Source: an uncultured Actinomycetes bacterium (lineage in GTDB: Bacteria; Actinomycetota; Thermoleophilia; RBG-16-64-13). From it: a stretch of DNA of 64,000 bases. Below, piece by piece: positions 8,936 through 18,722 of this stretch; within the stretch, counting starts at the first letter, position 1, and the number at the start of each line of letters is the position of its first letter. The notes under the pieces are model-generated. The model was given only the letters and a program-made list of their open reading frames with translations, was not told the origin of the DNA and did no database searches. Location of the stretch: NCBI GenBank assembly GCA_963706025.1, contig CAVPLM010000008.1:96001-160000 (forward strand), written 5' to 3'. The position numbers and the translations under genes are program-made.

Positions 8936-9991
8936 CTAGACAGGGACCTCCAACTCCCACAGCAACTTCGCAAGAGCATCCGTCAGATCACTTGGCAACG
9001 GGCTGCACTGCACTAAGGCTCGCGCCGTATCGAGCGTCTTGCCACACATGGATTCGGTCAGCGCCTGCAGGTCGATCTGACGGGGCAGCAAGAAGTCGCC
9101 TTGCACGTCCACCCTTCGCAGAATGGGCCCGTCCAGGTCGACGACGAGGGTCAGCACTCCACTGGGGGTCTTGGTGGAGAGGACCGACGTGTACGCCAGC
9201 CGGGGGTGGAACGTCCATTCCGGGCGTGCATACTTCACCTTGTACAATTCACCCGTGCGAGCGCGTTCCTCTCTCAAGAGTTCTCCCGGAACCAGCCTGA
9301 TCTCAAGCCGATCCGCGAGGTGCCTCGTGAGTTTCTCCATCACCTCATGCACTTGGATCAACCGGTCGGCCGCCTCGCTCAGCGTGATGACCCGATCTCG
9401 AACAGTGTCGATCCCCTTGTCGGCGAACTTCAGCCGCGACGGCCGGAGCGCTTTCTCCATCACTGCGCAATCTGTGGAAACGAGGAAGGTGCCGCTGTGC
9501 ACGAAGGCCTTGCCCCACTCCACCTGCGCGGAACCGTAGACCTTGCGTCCGCCAACAGTGCAGTCGTTCGTCGGTGAATGGGCCGCCTCCACGCCATATT
9601 CCGCGCACGTATCGACCACGGCGCGTGCGACTATCGGGTAGAGTTCGGCTGCTTCAGCTATTCCCATTCGGTCGAACAACTCCTTATGCCGGAAGAAAAG
9701 CGAGAAGCAGAAGCTCCCCTCATCCTGGTATACGGCACCTCCGGGGTTGTGGCGCCGCACGACGGGTATGCTCTTGCTCCGGCAATACTCCAGATCCACG
9801 TCTTCCTCCGGCACCTGATAGACGCCGATCCAGACTGAAGGCACTACTTGGCGTAGGCGAAGAGTGTCGGGACTGGTCCCTTCATCGACGCCACGCAGCA
9901 GGGCCTCCTCCACGGCAAAATGCCGGAAGGGGCCCTTGATGCCGTCGAACAGTAGCCGGAATGGAGGCCTAGTTGGTGTGGAAGTAGACAC
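8936..9991 (-). CDS. lplA: Lipoate-protein ligase (catalytic plus C-terminal accessory domain)
   Basis: VVRRHNPGGAVYQD, ND..RKVYGSAQ, HSGT; C-terminal QGDFL domain. Confidence 0.88.
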   Translation of the reverse strand: MSTSTPTRPPFRLLFDGIKGPFRHFAVEEALLRGVDEGTSPDTLRLRQVVPSVWIGVYQVPEEDVDLEYCRSKSIPVVRRHNPGGAVYQDEGSFCFSLFFRHKELFDRMGIAEAAELYPIVARAVVDTCAEYGVEAAHSPTNDCTVGGRKVYGSAQVEWGKAFVHSGTFLVSTDCAVMEKALRPSRLKFADKGIDTVRDRVITLSEAADRLIQVHEVMEKLTRHLADRLEIRLVPGELLREERARTGELYKVKYARPEWTFHPRLAYTSVLSTKTPSGVLTLVVDLDGPILRRVDVQGDFLLPRQIDLQALTESMCGKTLDTARALVQCSPLPSDLTDALAKLLWELEVPV

Positions 9992-10691
9992 AGCGTTCCC
10001 TCTTACATTCCTCGGTCACTTGGGAGAACGCGCAGTGGATCACGTCCGAAACGACAAATGCGACCCCTAGTTCGCTGCTCATGAATCCCGCGGCAGCCTG
10101 AAGCGTGGCGTACACGCTCTGTTTGCAGCAACGTGGACCACCGAGTTGGGCTGCGTCCATCAACGCGCGGGCAGTCCCTCGCAGGGCCAGTGACCGCTCC
10201 CGGTCCGAACGGAACGTGGCCCCGGTCAGAAGAGAGACCGCACAGCCCAGGCCGGCACAGGCTCCGCAGTCACCCCTTGTGCCGCATACGCCTACCGGTA
10301 TATCTCCCATCCGACGGAGGGCAGCCCGGATTGCACCTTTTCGCACCGAGCAACCTTGATTCCGTAGCGCCGCCAGAATCGTAGGCGCCACCAGCAGATG
10401 ATGCTCGGGACCATGTTGATTGAACACAGGGTGCTTCATGATGAGGTCGACGATCTCGAGCGGGTCCGGGTTCGTGGTTGCCACGCACAGGCGCTCGATG
10501 ATTTCCTCGGAGGATGCCGTCCTGCAGCTCTCGCAGACATAATGGCCCTGGGGGCAGAGCCATTCACACCTCTCCTCGGCCCCGCAATATGAACAGGTCT
10601 GCAGTCGCGATTTCTCCAGCAGCTCAACGCCGCAAAGGGGACAATAGAACGCTACCGGGACCTGCCACTCCCCTCCAGGAATAGTCTCCAC
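9969..10691 (-). CDS. DUF5714-like Cys-rich protein with N-terminal Zn-finger motifs
   Basis: CPLCG, CSYCG, CPQGHYVCESC, HGPEHH, CGTRGDCGAC, GGPRCCKQ. Confidence 0.8.
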   Translation of the reverse strand: METIPGGEWQVPVAFYCPLCGVELLEKSRLQTCSYCGAEERCEWLCPQGHYVCESCRTASSEEIIERLCVATTNPDPLEIVDLIMKHPVFNQHGPEHHLLVAPTILAALRNQGCSVRKGAIRAALRRMGDIPVGVCGTRGDCGACAGLGCAVSLLTGATFRSDRERSLALRGTARALMDAAQLGGPRCCKQSVYATLQAAAGFMSSELGVAFVVSDVIHCAFSQVTEECKRERCVYFHTN

Positions 10692-10692
10692 C

Positions 10693-11028
10693 CTACTCCT
10701 GCCAACCTTCCGGTCCCTTTGCCAACTCCTCGCGTATCCTGGCATCGACCTTCCGAGACTCCGGCACCACCTGTTTAGTGACCAAGCGTCCATTGATATA
10801 GACGGCCGGAACCCGACAATACTTCCTCTGGGCCCGATAGGACACGGTCGTCGTCACAGGCGGTGTTTGTCCCCACACATAGACGTCCAACCGCACGAGG
10901 TCGGGAAAGCGACGCGTCATCTCCTCCATCACCGCCACGGTGGCCCGACACTTCTGCGTGGGCGGGCCGGCGATGACCACTTCCAGTCGCAGACGCTTTT
11001 GTGGCCTATTCTTATTCACAGCAGTCAC
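10693..11028 (-). CDS. Thioredoxin-fold protein (TxxC)
   Basis: LEVVIAGPPTQKC..VPAVYING..VP. Confidence 0.7.
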   Translation of the reverse strand: MTAVNKNRPQKRLRLEVVIAGPPTQKCRATVAVMEEMTRRFPDLVRLDVYVWGQTPPVTTTVSYRAQRKYCRVPAVYINGRLVTKQVVPESRKVDARIREELAKGPEGWQE

Positions 11029-11130
11029 TTGTCAGTTCTCCTGGAGCTGGGCCGTTATTCACGGTGGTCGGCTTGTCCGCCCTGTGACCACGTGCGGAGG
11101 AACATCACGGGTCGGGGTTGGATCTTGACG

Positions 11131-12560
11131 CTAGGGGCACCGTATCACCCCGTGGCTCCACAAACATGCTCCGCAGCGCGGGAAGGTGTCGTCCTCGCAG
11201 TCCTCCTCGTTGCCGTCAGACATGCTGCAGCCTCCGCAGGCGACGCAAGGGCGAAGTCGAAGTCCTGGACCCTCTTGCGAAAGGCGACATAATCGGGATC
11301 AGACCAGATATCCGTGAGACTCCGCTCGTTTAAGTGGCCGATCGCGTAGCGGTCGACGCGGCGTATTCGACGAAATAGCAGCTCCTCATGCGTGTGCACC
11401 AACGCCTGACAGGGACTGACGTTGCCCTCCCAAGAGACCGATGTGCTTCCCGCCTCGATGAAAGGGCAGCGCCTGGTGATCCCGCCCACATCTGTTCCAA
11501 GAAGCGTCGCTTCATGTCGGCCGTGAATCACCACCCAGAGAGGTCTCCGCGTGGTCTCAGTCACGTCCATGGGCGGCAGTCTTAATGCGTCGGGCCACGG
11601 GGTCGGTAGCGGCGCTATTCCGAGGGAGTCCTCGTAGAGGATCTCGGAGAGCAGCTCTCGGGTGTAAGGGATGACGTTGCTGATATTGAATCGGCTGGCT
11701 CCGACTAGTCGTCCGATCCAAAGGAGGAAGGGGAGATCGGTGATGTTTCGCTTCATGGCCACGAAGGCGATGCCGATCTCGGGGGCCGGACGGGAGCCTC
11801 TAGTATCTTGGAGATGTGTAGACGAGGTGGTGAAGACCGTGGAGCTGTCGTCCTTCAAATCCCGTACGAGGTCCAAGAGGTAGCGTTCCATGGATACGTA
11901 TTGGTCAACGAGCCCTCGGACCAGTCCCCAGCCCGGAAGTTCGTGCGGTTCGGGAAGGCTGGAGCAGTCACACAACCGGCGGCGGACTTCTCTGAACCCC
12001 CGCAAGTTCTCCAGCACCTGGGGGAGCAAGGCGCCCAGGCGCACATCGCTGTAGCTCTCAGGACGGATGCCGTCCAGCGATACCCAGAGAGTATCGAGAC
12101 CGGCCTCAATCAGGGAGCGGGAGGTCTCTTCGCTTAGGAGGCAGCCGTTGGTTATGAGTTCGACTTTGGGGGAGCCCAGATCCTTCACCCGAGCCACCAT
12201 CTCCAGGATCCCGGGATGGGCCAGGGGCTCGCCGAACCCGCCGAAAAACACAGCTGGCAAACGATCGAAGGCCGCAAGTCCTTCAAGCAGGCGAGTGAAG
12301 GTCTCCTCGCTCATGTCGCCCAAAGGTTCTGCCCAGGCATTTCGGATGCAGGTGCGGCAGGTGAGGTTACAGCGGCTGGTGGGCTCCACATACACTTTGG
12401 CCAGCTGCTCTACCGGGCGGCGGAGACGGGCGCTGTTGGGCTCCTCATCCAGGGTGACCGAAATTCCCGGACGTAGGCCCAGGCGGTTTGCCACTTCAGG
12501 GGGAAGCACCAACCGACCATCGGTATCGACGGTAGCTATGAGGTGGTCAAGAAGGTTCAA
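11131..12560 (-). CDS. AbrB-like N-terminus + radical SAM + SPASM protein (tungsten-oxidoreductase maturase-like); frameshift near 11250
   Basis: CNLTCRTC, GGFGEPL, ITNG, CPFI..VSPC; restoring one C gives APCVACGGC..DC..CGACLWSHGVIRCP* ending at 11131. Confidence 0.85.
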
Positions 12561-12578
12561 GACAGGCCGCCGCTGCCA

Positions 12579-12977
12579 TCAAGTGGGAACACACGAGCCT
12601 CCCGCGGCACACGTCTTCACTGCGAGCCAGTGCTGGAGCCGCTCATCAAGGGCGGATAGAACCTGCGGATCCAAGGCCTCTCTAGCACTCGCCAGAATGG
12701 CACGTAGCGGAGGTTCAAGATCATCGGCCAACCGGTAGTAGATCCACACGGCTTCCCGACGATCGTCAACCAGTCGCGAGTTCAAGAGGTAGTGCAGGTG
12801 GCGCGAGGCCTTTGACTGGGTGATATCAAGCGCATGCTCAAAGTCACAGACGCACAACTCCGCATGCTCAGCGAGCAGGACCACCATCTGTATGCGGGTT
12901 TCATCGGACAGGGCCTTGAGCTTCCCTGCCAGTTGACGCGCATCCGAGGAAGGGTGTGTCATCGAATCCTCACACAC
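12579..12977 (-). CDS. arsR: ArsR/SmtB family repressor
   Basis: KALSDETR..ELCVCD..QSKASRHL; extra C-terminal Cys pair CAAGGSC. Confidence 0.9.
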   Translation of the reverse strand: MCEDSMTHPSSDARQLAGKLKALSDETRIQMVVLLAEHAELCVCDFEHALDITQSKASRHLHYLLNSRLVDDRREAVWIYYRLADDLEPPLRAILASAREALDPQVLSALDERLQHWLAVKTCAAGGSCVPT

Positions 12978-12998
12978 TTCGACTCAATTTGCGCTACC

Positions 12999-13013
12999 AT
13001 TATAACCGTTCAA
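12999..13013 (-). promoter_or_regulatory. -10 promoter element of arsR (TTGAACGGTTATAAT)
   Basis: Perfect TATAAT; near-identical motif upstream of the third arsR at 18676-18690. Confidence 0.55.
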
Positions 13014-13075
13014 GCGTGTGTACGCGAGGACGGCATGATCAGTAACTCCAGTCGCGGCGAAACGCGTGGGAGGCT

Positions 13076-14434
13076 ATGAAGCGTCTTTCTTTTCTTGACA
13101 GGTTCTTGACCCTGTGGATCTTCCTGGCCATGGCCATCGGCGTGGTGGCCGGCTACCTCTGGCCCCAGATCGGCAAGGCCATCGAGAGCGCGTCTATCGG
13201 CACCACCTCGATCCCCATCGCCATCGGTCTTATCGTCATGATGTACCCGCCGCTCGCGAAGGTCCACTACGAGGAATTGGGAGACGTCTTCCGCAATACG
13301 AAGATCCTGGGGCTTTCGCTGGTGCAGAACTGGATCATCGGTCCCATCCTCATGTTCTTCCTGGCCATTTTGCTCTTGTCCGACAAGCCGGGACTCATGC
13401 AAGGCGTGATCATGATCGGACTGGCCCGCTGCATCGCCATGGTCATCGTCTGGAACGAGCTGGCCAAGGGGGATAGCGAGTACGCTGCCGGACTGGTGGC
13501 CTTCAACTCGGTGTTCCAGGTGCTGTTCTACTCGGTCTACGCCTACGTGTTCCTCACCGTTCTGCCCGGCTGGTTCGGGTTGGAAGGGACGGAGGTGGAC
13601 GTGAGCATGGCCGAGATCGCGAAGAGCGTGGGTATCTACCTGGGCATCCCGTTTGTCGCCGGTATCCTCACCCGGTTCACTCTGCTGCGCTTCAAGAGCA
13701 AAGAGTGGTACGACCACGAGTTCATCCCCCGCATCAGCCCCATCACCCTGATCGCCCTACTGTTCACCATCCTGGTGATGTTCTCGCTCAAGGGCGAGAT
13801 CATCGTGCAACTGCCGCTGGACGTCGTGCGTGTGGCCATTCCTCTCTTGATCTACTTCGTGGTCATGTTCTTTGTCAGCTTCTACATGGGCAAGAGGGTG
13901 GGCGCCGACTATCGCAAGAGCACCACTCTTGCCTTCACGGCCGCCTCCAACAACTTCGAGTTGGCCATCGCAGTTGCCATATCCGTATTCGGACTGGCTT
14001 CGGCCCAAGCCTTCGCGGCCGTCATCGGTCCCTTGGTGGAGGTGCCGGTCATGATCGGCCTCGTCAACGTGGCCTTCTGGTTGCAGCGACGATATTGGCC
14101 GGCCAGGGAAACGGACACGGCGCCTGCGGTGGTGGGCGCGGAAGGGCAGGATCTTGGCTGTCCGACCGATGATCGGCCGTACAATCCAAGACACATACCA
14201 AGACGGGAGATGAATGATGTCACAAGGCAAGGACCAAGAGACGGTCCACGAAGCCGTGCGCGACCGGTACGCGGAGATCGCGAGAACAGGCTCATCGTGC
14301 TGCGGCGGTTCGCCCTGCTGCGGTCCAGCGCCGGCGGACGAAGAGGGCGACGAACTGTATCTCGCCCGCAAGGTAGGTCACACCGAGTCGCTCAAGCTTG
14401 GCTACACCGAGGAGGAACTGGCGGCGGCACCTGA
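13076..14434 (+). CDS. acr3: ACR3 family arsenite efflux transporter (true end probably near 14170-14210)
   Basis: [48 protein letters not shown]; the ORF tail overlaps arsM by about 220 nt. Confidence 0.95.
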   Translation: MKRLSFLDRFLTLWIFLAMAIGVVAGYLWPQIGKAIESASIGTTSIPIAIGLIVMMYPPLAKVHYEELGDVFRNTKILGLSLVQNWIIGPILMFFLAILLLSDKPGLMQGVIMIGLARCIAMVIVWNELAKGDSEYAAGLVAFNSVFQVLFYSVYAYVFLTVLPGWFGLEGTEVDVSMAEIAKSVGIYLGIPFVAGILTRFTLLRFKSKEWYDHEFIPRISPITLIALLFTILVMFSLKGEIIVQLPLDVVRVAIPLLIYFVVMFFVSFYMGKRVGADYRKSTTLAFTAASNNFELAIAVAISVFGLASAQAFAAVIGPLVEVPVMIGLVNVAFWLQRRYWPARETDTAPAVVGAEGQDLGCPTDDRPYNPRHIPRREMNDVTRQGPRDGPRSRARPVRGDRENRLIVLRRFALLRSSAGGRRGRRTVSRPQGRSHRVAQAWLHRGGTGGGT

Positions 14435-15050
14435 GGGAGCCAACCTGGGCCTGGGCTGCGGCAATCCGCAGGCCATTGCGGACTTGAAGCCGGGAGAAGT
14501 GGTGGTGGATCTGGGTGCCGGTGCAGGTTTCGACTGCTTCCTCGCCGCCCGGGCGGTCGGCTCGGATGGTCTCGTGATCGGTGTGGACATGACCCCAGAG
14601 ATGGTAGGCACGGCCCGTGAGATCGCGAGGAGCTCCGGATACGAGAACGTCGACTTCCGTCTGGGCGAGATCGAGCATCTGCCGGTACCCGACGAGACGG
14701 CAGACGTGGTCATCTCCAACTGTGTGATCAACCTATCTCCGAACAAGCCGGCGGTCTATGAGGAAGCCTTCCGGGTGCTCAGGCCGGGGGGACGTCTGGC
14801 AGTGAGCGATGTTGTGGCCACGGCTGAGCTACCGCAGGAATGGCGGGACGACATGCGCCTGCTTTCGGCCTGCATCTCGGGAGCCGCCACCACGAGGGAG
14901 GTTGAAGAGATGCTTCGGGCGGCGGGTTTCGTGGACATCGCCATCCGTCCCAAAGAGCAAAGCCGGGAGTTCATCCAAGAATGGGAACCAGGGAGAAACC
15001 TCGAGGACTACGTCCTCTCTGCCAACATCTGCGCGACGAAACCCCAATAA
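14214..15050 (+). CDS. arsM: Arsenite S-adenosylmethionine methyltransferase
   Basis: [32 protein letters not shown]; N-terminal CC..CC. Confidence 0.95.
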   Translation: MMSQGKDQETVHEAVRDRYAEIARTGSSCCGGSPCCGPAPADEEGDELYLARKVGHTESLKLGYTEEELAAAPEGANLGLGCGNPQAIADLKPGEVVVDLGAGAGFDCFLAARAVGSDGLVIGVDMTPEMVGTAREIARSSGYENVDFRLGEIEHLPVPDETADVVISNCVINLSPNKPAVYEEAFRVLRPGGRLAVSDVVATAELPQEWRDDMRLLSACISGAATTREVEEMLRAAGFVDIAIRPKEQSREFIQEWEPGRNLEDYVLSANICATKPQ

Positions 15051-15088
15051 CGACCTGACGCGACAACGGAGAGGAGACGTGAGAGGGG

Positions 15089-15823
15089 ATGAGGCGAACG
15101 ATCGAGACTCTGGCGCTCTTCTCTGACGTGCACGGGAACCGCCTCGCCCTCGAGGCAGTCCTCGACGACCTGCGGGCCCGAGAGATCACCAGGATCTGCT
15201 GCCTGGGTGATCTGGTCGGATACGGCCCCGATCCCAACGGGGTGATCGACCTGATTCGTAGCCAGGGCATCGACAGCATCCTCGGAAACTACGACGAAGG
15301 GGTCGCCTGGGAGACGGGCGATTGCGGCTGCTTCTATGCGGATGCGGAGGCCAAGCGCATCGGCGAGGCGTCTTATGCCTTCACCGTCGCCACGGTGACG
15401 GCCGAGAGGAAGGCCTATCTGCGCACCCTGCCGCGGGAGCTGCACGTGGACCTCGCCGGCAAGAAGGTCCACTTGGTGCATGGCAGTCCCCGGCGCATCA
15501 ACGAATACCTCTCCCGTGACCGCGACGAACGGACCTACCGGCGACTGGCGGAAGCCGAATCGGATGACGTCCTCGCCTTCGGACACACCCACGACCCCTG
15601 GTTCCGCCGGTACGGAAAGACGTTGTTCGTCAACGTGGGTTCGGCCGGGCGACCCAAAGACGGGGACCCTCGAGCCGCCTATGTCCTCTTAAGGTCGTCC
15701 ACCGAAGTACCGGTGGACGTAGAGATCGTCCGGGTCGCGTACGATGTAGAGGCTGCGGCCGACGCAGTCCTTGCCGCCGGTCTGCCGGCCACGCTCGCCG
15801 AAATGTTGCGGCGCGGAAACTGA
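15089..15823 (+). CDS. Metallophosphoesterase (YfcE-like), ars-operon associated
   Basis: SDVHGN, LGDLVG, GNYD, DCGC, HGSP, GHTH, NVGSAG. Confidence 0.9.
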   Translation: MRRTIETLALFSDVHGNRLALEAVLDDLRAREITRICCLGDLVGYGPDPNGVIDLIRSQGIDSILGNYDEGVAWETGDCGCFYADAEAKRIGEASYAFTVATVTAERKAYLRTLPRELHVDLAGKKVHLVHGSPRRINEYLSRDRDERTYRRLAEAESDDVLAFGHTHDPWFRRYGKTLFVNVGSAGRPKDGDPRAAYVLLRSSTEVPVDVEIVRVAYDVEAAADAVLAAGLPATLAEMLRRGN

Positions 15824-15948
15824 GCAAGGAGACACTCTCAATGGACCCACGCGCAGCCCACGCCACCAGCATCTGGAGATCGACATCCACCGGTCGGGGC
15901 GCGGATGGTCGTGATAGTCGTCGCACTTATTGTGGAGGTTGAGGACTG

Positions 15949-16374
15949 ATGGCCGAGACAGCGGAAGAACTGGAAACCACCGAGAGCAAGCAGCAACGAC
16001 CCGGCCTGATCATGTGCGTCTGCACCGGCAAGTGCCCGGGATTCGAGAAGATGGACATCTGGGACTTCATAAATCGAGTGCGGATCGAATTGCCGGTCGA
16101 ATTCGGGATGATCCATCCGCAACTCTGCGAGGAAGACGGGGACCGTTTCTTGGCCGACTTTCTCCAGGCCAAGCGGCCGTTGGTCATTGCTGCCTGTGCC
16201 CCCAACATGCAGTACAAGATGTTCCGGGACGCCTTCGCCGCCGAGGGCATGGACGTGAAGAAGGATATGGTGCCTCTCGACATCCGCGACATGACCACCG
16301 ACGAGGCGGTTGAGAAGGTGGCGGCAGCGCTGCGCGACATGGGCATCGACGAGGACGGTGGCGAGGATGGCTGA
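15949..16374 (+). CDS. Stand-alone HdrA N-terminal-like Fe-S domain protein
   Basis: MCVC, HPQLC, VIAACAP..MFR..DIR parallel the HdrA N-terminal CHC / C / VVAACSP..FR..NIR pattern. Confidence 0.7.
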   Translation: MAETAEELETTESKQQRPGLIMCVCTGKCPGFEKMDIWDFINRVRIELPVEFGMIHPQLCEEDGDRFLADFLQAKRPLVIAACAPNMQYKMFRDAFAAEGMDVKKDMVPLDIRDMTTDEAVEKVAAALRDMGIDEDGGEDG

Positions 16375-16675
16375 GACCACTTTCATGGGAGTGCCGCGCA
16401 GCAAGATCCCGTGGGCTCCCACCATCGACTACGACAAGTGCGACTTCTGCATGGAGTGTGACGAGTTCTGCCCGCACCGGGTCTTCGAGCGGCGAGAAGG
16501 CGACGTCAAGCTCGTGGTAGCCAATCCCGACAACTGCGTGGTGTTCTGCCGGGCCTGTGCCAAGACCTGCGGCCCCGACGCGCTCTCGTTCCCCGACAAG
16601 CCGGAGACCGTGGCCCTCATCAAGAAGCTGCATGCGGCGGAAGGCGAGTCGCGCACCGAGGAGGGCGGGGCATGA
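16367..16675 (+). CDS. 4Fe-4S ferredoxin
   Basis: IPWAPTID..CDFCMECDEFCP..NCVVFCRACAKTC. Confidence 0.88.
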   Translation: MAETTFMGVPRSKIPWAPTIDYDKCDFCMECDEFCPHRVFERREGDVKLVVANPDNCVVFCRACAKTCGPDALSFPDKPETVALIKKLHAAEGESRTEEGGA

Positions 16676-17532
16676 GCTACGCAGTCCTTGCCTGCACGGG
16701 TCTCGACAAGGCCGAGGGTTCGGTGACCCGCGAAGTGGCCATCCGCCTGGCCCAGGAGACTGGAGCCGAGATCGTCTGCCCGGTCGTGCTCAACCGCACC
16801 CCTGCCCGATACAAGAAGACACTGGCCGAGAACCGGCTAATCGTCGTCGACGGGTGCGCCACGCAGTGTGCGAGTAAGCTCGCCGCGGCCAAAGGAACGA
16901 AACCGGCCCAGAAGGTGATCGTTTCCGATGTGGTCAAGAAATCAGGTGGCGCCCTTGAACCTGACCTCCGCCTCGGCTCCGATGCTCTCGAGCTTGCCCG
17001 GAAGATCGTCGACGACATCAAGGCAGCTGAGACTGCCGAATCCAAAGAGACGCGGGCAGCCAAGGAAGCACCGGCGGAGGCGGAGTTTGAAAGCCCATCG
17101 GATTTCACGGTAGTCGTCTACGACAAGTACGAGTTCCGCGTCCCCTTGACCGGATTCTTCTTCAACGCTAACGACGTCTGGGCGCAGGTGGCCGGAAGCA
17201 GGGCCCGAGTGGGCATCTCCGACTACATGCAGCAGCGGCTCACGGATATCACCTACGTGGACCCGCCCGACGTCGGCACGACCATCGAGCAATTCGACGA
17301 GGTGGGCACTGTCGAGTCGACCAAGGCTACCTTCGAGGTAGTCTCCCCTGTGAGCGGCACGGTCGTGAAGATCAACGAGGCGGTGACAGACGTGCCCGAG
17401 TCGATCAACGAAGATCCGTACGGCAGCTGGATCGTCGAACTGGAACTGACCTCTTGGGAGGAAGACCAGGCGTTACTGGTCGATGGACCGGCGTACGCCG
17501 CCGACGTGGAGCGCAAGGCCGCCGAAGACTAA
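16672..17532 (+). CDS. DGC putative Zn-binding domain fused to GcvH-like lipoyl-carrier domain
   Basis: N-term ACTG..VCP..DGCATQC; C-term RVGISDY..DITYV..GTVESTKAT..SPVSG..INEDPYG.W with the lipoyl Lys intact. Confidence 0.88.
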   Translation: MSYAVLACTGLDKAEGSVTREVAIRLAQETGAEIVCPVVLNRTPARYKKTLAENRLIVVDGCATQCASKLAAAKGTKPAQKVIVSDVVKKSGGALEPDLRLGSDALELARKIVDDIKAAETAESKETRAAKEAPAEAEFESPSDFTVVVYDKYEFRVPLTGFFFNANDVWAQVAGSRARVGISDYMQQRLTDITYVDPPDVGTTIEQFDEVGTVESTKATFEVVSPVSGTVVKINEAVTDVPESINEDPYGSWIVELELTSWEEDQALLVDGPAYAADVERKAAED

Positions 17533-17547
17533 AGAGCGAGAGGACTC

Positions 17548-17967
17548 ATGGAAAACGACTGCGACAAGGTGCTGGTCATCCCCTGTAGCGGCATCGGCAA
17601 AGTCCACGGGCTCATCAGCCGGGAGTCCGCCTACCTGGTCACCGATGAGCTGGCGCCGGGAGAGACCGACGTGGTCTGCTTGGCGCTTCTAGTGAAAGAA
17701 GATGAAGAGACCCGGGCCGAAGTGCAGGCGCACCCCTGCATCACCATCGATGGCTGCGGCAAGGCCTGTGCTCAGAAGAACGTGGAGATCGCCGGAGCAA
17801 AGGTGGCTGAAGCCTTTCAGGTGGCCAGATTCCTGAGCAGCCACCGGGGAGCCCAGCCGGGCAGCGGGTCGGAGCTGACCGAAGAGGGCTGGGCCATCAG
17901 CCGGGAGATCGCTGAAGCCGTGGCCGCAGAGGCCGCTCGCCTCCGCGCAGGTGAGGAGGTGGCCTGA
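17548..17967 (+). CDS. DGC domain putative Zn-binding protein
   Basis: PCSG..VCL..IDGCGKAC. Confidence 0.88.
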   Translation: MENDCDKVLVIPCSGIGKVHGLISRESAYLVTDELAPGETDVVCLALLVKEDEETRAEVQAHPCITIDGCGKACAQKNVEIAGAKVAEAFQVARFLSSHRGAQPGSGSELTEEGWAISREIAEAVAAEAARLRAGEEVA

Positions 17968-18659
17968 TGTCCGCCGAAATGAACAAGGCCACCAAGGTGG
18001 GGATCATCTCCTGCAGTGGCGAGGAGATCCCCGAAGGCACCATCTCGCGCAGTGCCGTCCGCCGGGTGCTCGAGTCCCTGCGTCCTCACGATGCTGTCAC
18101 TCTCTGCTTGCCGCTGTTCTTGGCCGGTAACGAAGGCGAGCGCAACTTCGCTCGGACCCACCCCACGATCACTATCGATGGGTGCGACAAGCAGTGCGCG
18201 CGGTGGGGCACTGAGAAACACGGCGGGCCCGTTGCGCGTGCGTTGGTGGTCTCGGAAATCTTGGGCACTGAGGCAGCAGGCTGTTCACGCTCCTTGCGCG
18301 GGCGTGGGCAGGCCGACGAGACGGCCGTTGCTGCTGTGGCCGACCGGATAGCGGCCGAGGTCGACGCGCTCATGAGCGAAGGCGTGAAACCGCAAATGGC
18401 AGAGGACCCAGAGGCGGACGTATGCGCCTGCATGAAGCCTGCGCCGACGGGATCCGTCTGCGTGCGCGGAAAGCAGGTGGAGATAAACGCTTTGCCCATG
18501 GTCTTCGCCAAGTTGGCTTCCGATGGGATGCGGGCAGAGGACTCGAACGCTTCGGCTCTTCTCGAGACGGTGAAGATGTTCCACTACATCGCTCCTGAAG
18601 AGGAGTCGGACTACCGGGATGCCCTCCTCGCGGCGTACCGAGCCTTCGTTGGAGGTTGA
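17967..18659 (+). CDS. DGC domain protein with extra C-terminal domain
   Basis: SCSG..LCL..IDGCDKQC, then CACMK and an approximately 80-aa helical domain. Confidence 0.85.
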   Translation: MSAEMNKATKVGIISCSGEEIPEGTISRSAVRRVLESLRPHDAVTLCLPLFLAGNEGERNFARTHPTITIDGCDKQCARWGTEKHGGPVARALVVSEILGTEAAGCSRSLRGRGQADETAVAAVADRIAAEVDALMSEGVKPQMAEDPEADVCACMKPAPTGSVCVRGKQVEINALPMVFAKLASDGMRAEDSNASALLETVKMFHYIAPEEESDYRDALLAAYRAFVGG

Positions 18660-18675
18660 TCCAGCAAACAACCGT

Positions 18676-18690
18676 TTGTACAGTTATAAT
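18676..18690 (+). promoter_or_regulatory. -10 promoter element of third arsR (TTGTACAGTTATAAT)
   Basis: TATAAT at 18685-18690; motif shared with 12999-13013. Confidence 0.55.
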
Positions 18691-18722
18691 TCGCCGAGTC
18701 GAGAGTTCGGGAGCTACGGAAT

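Noticed and set aside
14170-14434. Genuine long Acr3 C-terminal extension overlapping arsM
   Set aside because: Arg-rich off-frame translation of arsM; more likely a lost stop codon.
15841-15951. Short ORF ending C-G-G-TGA in frame with the HdrA-N gene (apparent CxxU selenoprotein)
   Set aside because: GGAGGT-TGA is simply the RBS of the ATG at 15949; the upstream peptide is not protein-like and no convincing SECIS hairpin follows.
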